Positions 53,401 through 64,000 of a stretch of DNA of 64,000 nt are shown here, in pieces; position 1 is the stretch's first letter; each line of letters opens with the position of its first letter. The stretch is from Vermamoeba vermiformis (taxonomy: Eukaryota): contig JBEWZL010000124.1 of assembly GCA_045837725.1 (NCBI GenBank), positions 186,001 to 250,000 of the forward strand. Direction: 5' to 3'. The position numbers were made by a program, and so were the translations under genes. Under the pieces are notes generated by a model. That model made no database searches. It was not told where the DNA came from and saw only the letters and a list, made by a program, of their open reading frames with translations.

Positions 53401-54960
53401 TTAATTTTGTTTTTTCTGAGCGAGGTCAGCTTCTTTTTTGGCATTCGCTGCTCTTTTCGTAGCAGCCACATCCGCCCAAATATACAAAAATGAGCCGACA
53501 GCTACTAATGCAGTACCGGCCCAATGTTGCATAGTAAAATCGTGTCGGAAATATACTATGCTGAGAATAAGACTCAAAAATTTTCGTACCGTTGTAATAA
53601 AGGTGCACGTCAATGTTCCTAAACTAGCTGTGAACAGAGTAAGCCTCACATTGCCAAATTAGGAAATGAAAGATAACGTACCTGTCACGTGGTGTACGCC
53701 ATTAATACAGAAATATTGAGTAATGCAATTGACGAAGATGTAGATCCACGCGATCGGGACAGCTAGCGATAGAATCGAAACTGGATCTGATGCAGTCCAA
53801 ACCTTCATAACTCGGACTGTATAATAGTATTAGCTATAAATAATCGTTAAGAAGATCTTCAACTCACTTGATTCGTTGCCAAAGAGCATGAACATCGGCA
53901 AAGGCAGCAGATGTGTATAAAACACCATTTCTTCGGGATGTTTGCCGTACTTCTCGTATGCTTGGCCTTGCACGTAGCCTAATACAGCTAACAATACCAT
54001 GGTGATGAATACAATAGTCGTGCCGATGATCCACGAGAAATACTCAGCCTACAAATTAAAGACAGCCTTAGTAAATTTTGGAGAAGCCAAAATATTCGCT
54101 TATTATAAACATTATAGTAATTAATGCATAGCACAGTATCGCGAGATTTAACAACAAATTTTGATGGAGAAATAAATGTTTGTTGGATGTGATCTGTTTT
54201 CGGTCCGTTTACTTACTTGAGCTTTCGCTTCAGTGTTTGCCAGGTCATTATTATTGCAGTTAAGACAGCCTACTGGATTAATTGGGGCTTTATTTGCATG
54301 CTGCTTATGTTCGGCTTCAGCTAATGTCGTGGCAATCACGCCGATCGTGACAATCAATACAGCCAAAAAGTGGCCCAGTGAGTATCTGGGAGACTATTAG
54401 GCACTAAAATTATTTTAAATATGGTACTTACTTCTTTTTATATAGCCACAGACCGACGAGGAAAGAGATGAGCAAGCTGCCGGATCGAAACACGATCACG
54501 AATGGCTGGCTGACTCCAAAATCGAATGCTTTATTGACGCCAGCAGAAACAATGAAAAATATTAGCGTCATTTTGAGGTATTCTCGAAAAGGAATCTATG
54601 ATGACGTGTTAGCACGGATCAAGTTTGTGAGTCACATCTCCGATCCAGATGCGCCGATAAGATTAATATTTTGACTTGCCTTGGTTTTAAACGTGAGATT
54701 TTTCAAATCAAATTGATGAAAAGCTGAAAGTATGGAGGTTGCAGCAAATTGAAAAAATGTTAGCATAGGCCCACTTCCAGAGTCAATCCTAATGATAAAT
54801 GTGTTAATTTAATTATTAATAAATTATATAAATTAATTACGTACTTTAAAATGAGCTCTAGTACCATGTTATTAATAATGCATCCGCCGAGTAACGAAAA
54901 AATAAAGTACAGTACTGAACCTCCCGATCCACCGGTCGAGGGTTGCTTAGTGTTAGTCAT
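53401..54960 (-). CDS. SLC35B4: UDP-GlcNAc/UDP-xylose nucleotide-sugar transporter (SLC35B4/YEA4-like)
   Basis: GGCIINNMVLE, AFDFGVSQPFVIVFRSGSL, YGKHPEEMVFYTHLLPLP, TVRKFLSLILS, C-terminal KKxx motif. Confidence 0.85.
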
Positions 54961-55056
54961 TTGGCTAATATTGCTTCACACTATTATTTGAGAAAGTAAA
55001 AGAAGTTTTTGGTTGTTGAAATTTTTCATTTTTTCAGTTATCGCTTAGGATCGACA

Positions 55057-58000
55057 ATGGATGAGAAGCAGATCGATGCCATTGTTTTTAATTATTTAAA
55101 AGCAAGGGGTTATGCAAATGCAGCTGGTCAGTTGAAGCAGGAATCCAGAATCCAGACGATCGAAGATCTCGCATCTCAACTGAAAGCAGAAAGTGATATT
55201 AGCTTACCAAATATAATTATGTTCCATAACAAACAAGAGAACACACCAAAGCGATATGACGAGAGTTACACAGCATTGAGAAACTGGGTTTTCTCATCCC
55301 TCGATATGTATAAAGTATGTGATCTTCAATCGTTTATTTTTAATTTTATAATCCTTCCAAAATTATGTATATGCTTAATATCATTACGGACATCATTTTT
55401 TACTATTTTTTATTGCCTCGTAATATTTATTTTAATTCTGATATTTTTAGGCCGAATTATTATCAGTATTATATCCTATTTTTGTACACTGCTACTTAGA
55501 CCTCGTAGAAAAAGGGCACTCGGAAGAAGGTAAATATTAATTTAATCAATAATGTAACGTGTAATACTCACATTCGACAGCCCGCCAATTTATGGCTGCA
55601 CACAAAGAAGATCACGAAGATAAATATGGAAATGAGATTAATAGGCTACAGGTAATTCATAAAAAATATTTATTATTTTTTTGGCGTCACGCTAGATATT
55701 TTGGAATATTTTTTTCGCTCGATCCAAAAAAACGGTCTAACGACATTGCTTATTTAGGCTATCACCACTGTCGATCATATGAAAGAAAACGAATTGGCGA
55801 ATTTATTCCGCAATAACAAATTCAATTTGAAGATGTGCAATTACAGTTTTGAATTATTGTTGAGTTATTTGCACGAAATGAAGTTTATGATGATTTTAAG
55901 TATCGTCAATCAATATCTCAATATTACAGGTACGTGATTAATATACACATCGAAAAGTCGTCTTTTAAACGATAACACTCGTGCTTCTAATATATTTAAT
56001 CATGGCTTACAACATTATTTCTGCTAGTTTTTGCCGGACAGCCGCAACAAATGCCCGAAATAGAATTCAAAGCAATTAGCGGATACACTGAAGAGTCTAT
56101 TCGGTCCTTGCACAAAAAGGCTATTTACTGGGGCTTATTCGAAGAACAAAAACGGCTACAGACATTGCCTGAGCCCGAGGAAGGCGACGAAAATGACGCT
56201 GAAGAGGGCGATGCAATGGACGTAGACGAGGCTGGTAAAGAGGGCAAAAAGAAAAAGGTACTTAGTCTCTTCGAGCACGTGACTTGCACGTGTCAACTAT
56301 CGCTTCTAGCGTTGATGTTAACGACGCGTTTTATTGTAGAAGAAAGAGCCTAAGAAGAAAAAGAAAGAAAAGAAGGCTGAGGGCGAAGAAGAAGAAAAAG
56401 ATCAAAAATCAGCGGTGCCTTTGCCAAGAGTGTACGTGACCCTTTTCACCGATCGTTGTGCTTGTGATTCTTATTGATTCATATTTTAGTTCTGACGATA
56501 TGGAGCAAGAGATTATGAATGACTTAAAGAACCGCGTACCAATCAGCGCATCGAATTTGCCTTCAGTGGCGTTTTACACTTTCTTCAACACTTACGGAGC
56601 GTACGTACATCACTAAATGAATTATAGCAATGAATATAATTAACGCGGTACTAGCATGAACACATTGGCGTTGAATCAAGAAGGCAGTTTGGTCGCCACT
56701 GGCCACGCAGACTCGTCCATTAAAGTGTGGGACTTGTCGAAAGACAATTCTAAATGGGTCAAGAGCACGAAGGAGTACTTCGAAGGAGATAGTAAGTGAA
56801 CACAACAAGTACATATTCGCCTGCTGGCGCTTTCCTTTTTGACCGGTCTTGGTTGGCGTCGTTTTTCGACTCCAACAAGCTTCCATAGCTCAGTCGGCAG
56901 AGCGTTCGGCTGTTAACCGAAAGGTCCCTGGTTCGAACCCAGGTGGGAGCGAATTTTTTTTTGGCTTGCTCGCCCCTCTTCGGCGAACGCCTGATGTTCT
57001 TTTGCATCAGTCTTGCTTACTTTTTATTAGATCGAGACAACCGTTACAAAAACTATCGCGATCGTGCATATAAAGAAGACGATGCCGCGTTCCAATCGGA
57101 TCTTGTCGGTCATACTGGTCCCGTCTACGGTCTTGACTTCTCCCCTGAGGGGCAGTTCTTGTTGAGCGGTGGTCAAGACGGTACTGTAAGACTTTGGAGC
57201 ATGAACACCAAGACCAATTTGGTTGCTTATAATGGTAAGGAAGATCGCGCGTACGTTAGTATTTGCTAGTCACTCACAGTTCACACAAGGTCACAATTAT
57301 CCTATTTGGAACGTAAAGTTCTCTTCTCTGGGCTTCTACTTTGCCACTGCCTCATACGATCGCACAGCTCGCTTGTACTCGACGAATCAGATCTGGCCTT
57401 TGCGAGTATTCGCTGGACATTTGAGCGACGTTAATGTAAGTGTAGACTGTGAAGCTGTTCTTTATTAATACTTGCATGTAGGTCGTTGACTTCCATCCCA
57501 ACTGCAATTACGTTGCTACCGGCTCGAGCGACAAGAGCGTTCGATTCTGGGACATCAACACGGGCATGTGCACGCGCGTCTTCACAGGACACTTTGGCTC
57601 TATCTACAGCTTAGGTGTCTCACCGGAGGGTCGATTGCTCGCCTCAGCTGGTGAAGACAAAGACGTCTTGTTGTGGGACATTGCCTCAGGCACGAAGGTG
57701 TCCACTTTGAGAGTAAGTTTGGCACGCGAGAAGTAGCAACTTACAGAGCCGTTGCTAACGATATTTTCAGGCTCACACAAACACTGTTTGGTCAATCAAG
57801 TTCTCAAGCGAAGGTAATATCTTGGCCTCAGCTGGTGCCGATGAGACAGTTTGTTTGTGGGACATTAGAAACCCAAGCGTGCCACTCGACACCCAAGCAA
57901 TGTAAGTTCAACAGCTATTAGGGATCTACGTAATAGCAGCGTACTAACGCAATACATAGTGCCTCGTTGAAGCCTACTCTGTTGGGCAAGTACCCCACGA

Positions 58001-58083
58001 AAAAGACGCCCGTCTATCAAGTGCAGTTCACACGAAGAAACTTGTTGCTGGCCGCTGGTGCATTCCACACGAATGAAAAATAA
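55057..58083 (+). CDS. TAF5: TFIID subunit 5 (LisH, NTD2, WD40)
   Basis: Lis[38 protein letters not shown]40 repeats [28 protein letters not shown]. Confidence 0.93.
56879..56951 (+). tRNA. tRNA-Asn (GTT) inside TAF5 intron 56792-57030
   Basis: Acceptor GCTTCCA/TGGGAGC, anticodon arm TTCGG-CTGTTAA-CCGAA, G73, T9 terminator. Confidence 0.95.
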
Positions 58084-58270
58084 GCGATGAAAAATGAGCG
58101 CGTTATTGATTTTGGACTCATAATAAAACTGCTATATTAGTAACACTTCACTCGCTTCCTATTGTAGGATCGGGTGTGATCCAAATCTGGTCTTACGGGC
58201 CGTAATGTTGATGTAGTTTTGGTTTTCGGCTGGATCGACTTTATTTTTTTCTTATTTCCTATCTAACACA

Positions 58271-59696
58271 ATGCTGCGTCAATTCGTCAAATATTCTTCG
58301 AGGTTATATAATATAAGTCGTAGTAGAGCATCTCGTACGTTATCAAAGTTAAATACAAGGAGGAGGATAACGAGAATAAGTCAACCAAACACATCTGCTC
58401 GAAAGTTTTGGTCTGCTTCAATAGCAAAATATAGTACTGAAAATAATCCGAATAAAAATAATATATTAGAGGAGGAAGAGATTCCAGAGGCAGAATGGGA
58501 CGTACCGCCAGGTAAGATCGAATTAAAAATGCTACAAAATTAAAGAAAAATCATTTAATTAGTCTAACGACCTACTTAATTATAGAGGACAAAATGAGCT
58601 TCACTGATGGTAAGATTAAAAAATTTGGTTGCGATCCACTGAGTTCATACTGAACTCTACGCATAAATTGGTCCCTTATACCTGATTCCGTACTAATATA
58701 CACCTAGTGGTTCATTTAATGAAGGAAAATGGCGTTATTGAGCATGACGACGTCTTGGAAACTTGTTTGAGAATCGAACCAGATCTGTTCGTGCCTGAGC
58801 AGCACGAAGTAGCAGAACTAAACGATCCTTGTAAGCCTATTATTATTGCTTACAATATAGGTACTAACTTATTATGCTGTAAGCTGTAAAGCGCTCCTTA
58901 ATTACGCCTGAAGAAACAGCTCAGTCGTACGTGATCTACATGCGCACTCTAGAAGAGCTTCGACCAGGACTACAGAAAGGAATGAAAGTATTAGATATCG
59001 GAAGTGGTACTGGATTTATGACGGCTTGTTTAGCTTCAATGGTACGCTGATCTAGGATACATTTCCAAATTAGGAAATTCCAGTACGCGATGAGATGGAC
59101 TGAAAGCTAAATTATTTGTATTGTTAGGTTGGAGAAACAGGAGTTGTAGTTGGCATTGATACTGATATTACTCAACTCGCGCACGCGAATAAAGTGATCA
59201 GCCAACATTATCCGGATCTGAAAAAAGCAATCAAATTCAGACAAGGCGATGGCTTGGAGGGATTCGATGTTCATAAGCCCTATAATGGTACGTCTTATTA
59301 ACGAGACAATAATAAGAGCATTTCTAACGTCCTCTCCAATTTTAGCGATTCACATTGGAGGTGCTGTTGACGGTACGTTTCCATATTTGATAATTGATAG
59401 AAGGTGTTCTCATTGTTAATATACTATTTATAGCGCTGCCTGCCACGTTGTTTGACCAATTAGCTCTCGGAGGATTAATGACAGTACCGATAATCAAGGA
59501 CGGAACTCAGTACTTGTGCTTGATCGAAAAAGTCGAAGGAAACAAAGCCAAGCAGACGTTAATGATGGAAGTGGACTTTGAGCGGTTAATTAAAAAGGAA
59601 AAGGTGAATGAGAACGATAAGCCGAGCGGTGATTCAGATCCAAACAAATTAGATCCTGCTAACCAACCACAATCACAATTATTCCAAAAGTATTAA
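58271..59696 (+). CDS. Protein-L-isoaspartate O-methyltransferase-like protein with mitochondrial-type presequence
   Basis: KVLDIGSGTGFMTACLASMVG...GDGLEG...PYNAIHIGGA...LFDQLALGG; R/S-rich N-terminus. Confidence 0.8.
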
Positions 59697-60089
59697 GCGA
59701 GTATTATTTATTCATTGTATTGGAATCGACGGGAAGATTTGATGCGAAATCGCATGTATTTGCGGCTTGGTAATTGGCATTTTTTGTGAGTTAGATCTGA
59801 GACTAATAAATTACCAGGACACGAAAGATGCAAAATGACTAACTGAGATGATATTTTCGCTCTTTACAATATAACTATTGGGTCAACGTTTTTCTTCTTG
59901 TTGCGTGGGAAAAGTGACAGCGGCTGTCAAAAACTTAATTGAACCAGAAAATACCGAGAATAGCACAATGGAGGTAAATATTATGGTCAAATAATGGCCA
60001 ACCGTTAATATGACACATGATATTAATTAATTATATTTACATCCTTGAAGCGCCGAATATACAACGAATATAAACGAGTCAATGCATAA

Positions 60090-60270
60090 CCCAGGGGCCC
60101 GACCCCAAGGCGGAATGCGAGGGGTAGCAGGAGAAGCCTGGACGATAGGGGGTGGGAGATAATCGCGAAAAGCCAGAGTTAGGGGGAGGGGTGGGAGGGA
60201 GCGGGCCGCCGACGAGGGAGGGGCGGGATGAGCGGTGGGGGGGGGGGGGGGAGGGGGGGGGGTTTTTACA
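60090..60270. other. G-rich low-complexity stretch, probable assembly artefact
   Basis: Abrupt switch from AT-rich DNA to G runs of more than 10. Confidence 0.6.
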
Positions 60271-60584
60271 GGAGTAAGGATTGATAAAAAAGTTTAAAGT
60301 GTTAATCGTAATCGCTAGTATGTACTTTTGATGAACGCTACAGATCCGTGGGTCTGGTTGCAAAATATAAAAAAATGTTTATTTATGTTGTCAATAATCG
60401 AGTCATTAGATTCATTTAAATAGAGAACCAATGCGAGTTGAAATAGAAGACAAAACGGATGAAATTGTCCACGACCGCTTATTGTGAGCCGGATCCGCTT
60501 CAACCGGTTTCACCTTCATTTCATTGGGCAATTTTCGCCATCTACAAAGATATTAGCGTTATTAAAAAACAACTTGATTTATTC

Positions 60585-61913
60585 TTACGTCAATCTGGCC
60601 AATGCATCTTCAGCAATCTCTTGCAACATTTCGTTGAGATTGCCACGAGGATATTGTTTGCACGACACTTCAAAGTACTTCATGTGAAGTTCACCAGCCA
60701 CCGCCTAAACAGTGCAAGTTAAAATTAAAGTTTTCATGAACGGCGAAAAATGTGCCGTACTTCAGCCTCGTCAACTGACACTGCACGATCTTGTGCCAAA
60801 TCAGCCTTCAATCCAACGAGATAGAACTGCGGAAGATCTAATCGATCGAAGAAAACATAACATTGCGCTAATGTCTTTTCCATCAATTGCACGAAGCTGG
60901 ATCTGTCGTTGATAGCAAAGCATAACAACACTACACTAGTGCCACGGAAGTACGATGATGATAACATTTGGTATCGCTCAGGCTAACAATATCAGTGCCG
61001 TTAAAAACAGTCTTGTAAGAAAATTTTTCACATGTGACTTTTTGACACTTTGACACTTCCGAAAGGTACTTACGTAATGCGTGTCCCACTATATAATTAT
61101 AGTTAGTACTACATTATCAAATGTTAATGACTTACTATTTGCAGTTGTGCCGACACACCATCGCTGTTCGTGATAAGTTTATTGGACTAACGTAGCAAAG
61201 TTACTTAAAGTTTAATAAATAATTCAATGAATTTTGAACTTACAAATTCAGAGCAGACTCTGCTAGTGCCTAATTTGGGCTCGTAGTCGGTATACCACCC
61301 TTGCTAATTCAAGATTATTCTTATTTGAAATTTCGAAGTTTATTTGTTCGCAAAGAGGAACTTACGCTGATCGTTCGTCGAAATGTAGCTTTGCCCGAGT
61401 TCACTGGGCCCACTAATACTGATTTGATAACGAACAGGAGCTCCTTGTTGTCGTAATTCTTATCTCTCGCTTCGGGATGTGAGTTCCAGCTTGCAAATCG
61501 TTAGTACAGAAGCATGGATTATAATATGACGTACTAATTGTTAATCTGCTCTTTCGTAGCACGAGGATGTACTTGTTGACTTGCAAAAAACGAAGTGACT
61601 TCTGTTTTTGGGGTCAGATCCATTTTCAAATAAAATCAGATGAATGTAAAAAGAAATTACTAATTAAATAAATTATACTATTTCGCGAATGATAATAAAA
61701 GATGATGTTCAATTGAAACGGAGATGAATAAACTAAATATGGAAAGCGATCTGACTTACTTTCATCCCATTGGATGCCTGCTACCTTTGGAAAGGCTTTT
61801 CTGCTCTTTGCAACATTGTACAAGACCCAAGATACGCGCTTGCACGAGATAACGTCGCGGTAACTTGTCACGAAGTTGAGGATGTGGCACCAAATCTCTG
61901 TCGGAACCTCCAT
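60585..61913 (-). CDS. F-box fused to a degenerate Rab/Ras-like GTPase domain
   Basis: Exon 1 VPTEIWCHILNFV...CKRVSW. Spliced in frame to KSVLVGPVNSGKAT, QLQIWDTHYPERYQML...YFRG, LVGLKADL, YFEVSCK. Confidence 0.8.
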
Positions 61914-62367
61914 TGTAGGTATCTGTTTGTCTCTACCGTGTTCTTGTATTAAATTAAATATTAAACTTAAAAAATGAGGCGAGATGCTTTTTGTTCGCGT
62001 TTTTCCGAACTTTACTCCGTAGCTAGTTCCAGATTAAATCCGATCTTTTTGGGAAGCAGCTGTAGCTTTTTTAAGAGCAGAAGTGATTATTTTCCAAACT
62101 CGAGTTTCAGCCAGGAGATTGAAAAATGGGCTGAAAATTGCCAGATCAATTAACGTTGTTTGTACAGGCACCTGAGACCCTTTTGCCGATTGTAATAAAA
62201 TATTGCCCTTATATTCATATTCACAGAAATTTTTCGTGAAACGCAACCGCTCTCGTGCTTCGTGTAAATTACGCGGTTACGAAAAATCGGAAAATGACGC
62301 AAACAAAAAATCGACACAACTCGACTGAGGTTAATTATTTGCTTATAGTACGCAACCACAATTGAAA

Positions 62368-64000
62368 ATGGAAAATACTGCTCATTCAAACACTCGTGCG
62401 CAGCATCTAGCGAGTTTTATGCAGCGAGCCACTGCTTACATAGAGGAGGCAAAGAAGCATGAAAGGGAGGAGAAATTTGACGGAGCCATTAGTAATTATA
62501 ATAACGCAGTCGATTTATTGGAGATTATTCGAAAGAGTAAGTGAAACACGAATTGTCGGATTTACAAGGCACCACCTAATTTTATTTTATGGAAAAAATA
62601 TCGGGTTAATAATATTAACACGTAAATCAGACAAAAAATTACCCAATGTTCCAAACGGAAATTTTTGAAATTTTCATAAAATCGGATCTGACCAAATTTT
62701 AGATGAGGCAGACGTCACTAAGGCTACGGAGCTTCAAACTCAAATAGACCACATCAAATTTAGACTGGCTCAGCTTGACGGTGTCAAAGAATTAAATTCA
62801 GACTTACTAGCCCCGCTCGCAAGCCTCCCGAACACCTCAGGATCTGGTAATTTCCTAATTACCACATAATATATTTTAAATTTATAAAGCGCCGCATTAT
62901 TTAGCAGGCGCCGCCCTCTATACATTTTACTAATATTTAGGTATGTAGACGCAAATGTCTCGTTCCAAGTGGTGTACGAAAGTCGCGGTGTGCAATGCTT
63001 TTTGATCGAAAGTTTCAACGAAGGCAATGAAATTAAGCGAACGGATTTAGCTTCAAATTCGCACTTGGTCATATTAAAACAATCGTAAGTAACAATTATT
63101 GCTACCACTAATCAAAAAGCAATGTGGGATCGGATAACTTACTTTTTACCTTTTTTAGTAACGGACCACTTGGCATCCTTAAAGTCGAAGGAGTAATGGA
63201 TTACCCGTTAACTTCACAAGTCCCGTGCCTCAGCAGCGGCCCTGGCAGATACACTTTCGCATTGCCAATGCAGAACACATTCTTAGGCCTCACTATCACG
63301 TACGACTTTATTATCAAACACCTTACAAAAACTAACGTGCGGTTTACTGCAGAGCCGATGAAAGGAGTATTAAATTGTTCGAATCGATCGTGAGTGACCT
63401 CTGTGTGTTTAAGAAAGTCGTCGATCAGAGCGCTACAACGGACGTGATGGACAACAAGAAAGTCCAAGTAAGGGATATCAATTATTTGAATATACAAACT
63501 ACAGTTATTAACATCTTTCTGTTGCAGATTCGTGAATTGTCTAAGACTGAAAAGGTCGTTAACGCGATTGAAGTCGGTGGAGGTGTGGTGGCACGTGGCA
63601 TTCAATCAGGCGCCTCGTACTTGAAGTCATGGATCGAACAGTAAGTAGGACACATCGAAAGTATACTTTGAACTTATTCATAACGATGTGTCTGTTAGGG
63701 GAGGCAAATATTTGACGAGCAATATCCAGCCTAATGCTGAGCCGTCAAAAGTGCCAGAAGGTGTCAAGACAGGTGTCAACGTCGTGTCAAAAATTTCACC
63801 GGTCGCCGTACAAAGTAAGAACTCTTATTTCATCATTAACGTCGAGCTTAATATTCATATAATGTATTGTTTAGTTTCTACTGCCGCTGTTGAAGGTCTC
63901 GGTTATATTGCCTCGAAAGTTGGTGGCGCAATTCTTTCTTCTCTACCAGCACCTGACGTAAGTGTTATTGCACGTGCTTTTGTCTTTGCAACAATTTTGC
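62368..64000 (+). CDS. SPART: Spartin-like protein (MIT domain plus senescence domain), 3' truncated
   Basis: MIT ATAYIEEAKKHE...AISNYNNAVDLL; YPL...P motif; senescence-domain helices AIEVGGGVVARGI...IQPNAEPSKVP. Confidence 0.8.

Noticed and set aside
60090-60270. G-quadruplex-like island and Pro-rich ORF 60079-60363
   Set aside because: Irregular G runs typical of low-quality sequence; no repeat unit or telomeric pattern.

Overview
This is a compact, intron-rich eukaryotic nuclear window with short GT-AG introns (mostly GTAAGT/GTACGT donors) and about 30 protein genes. The actin, the Zn2Cys6 factor and the plant-type LRR receptor suggest an amoeboid protist; the taxon is an inference. Housekeeping genes include TOPBP1, MED17, DNMT1, actin, TAF5, SLC35B4, an equilibrative nucleoside transporter, PCMT and spartin. 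The most striking pattern is non-coding. All Pol III genes found (tRNA-Ile, -Trp, -Tyr, -Asn, one degenerate tRNA and a 5S rRNA) lie inside enlarged introns of protein genes, on the host strand. DNMT1 introns also carry two box C/D snoRNAs (U58-like, U18-like). An intergenic, shortened U1-like snRNA lacks the U1A-binding stem-loop. Notable proteins are a divergent HAP2/GCS1-like fusogen with an N-terminal extension and three tandem domain-III-like repeats, an F-box fused to a degenerate Rab-like GTPase, and a NEDD8-like protein ending LRGSG. Several single-base frameshifts and two garbled purine-rich stretches suggest assembly errors, so single-nucleotide claims need read support. CDS coordinates are gene spans (start codon to stop) from manual splicing. 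Family assignments come from motif recall, not database searches.
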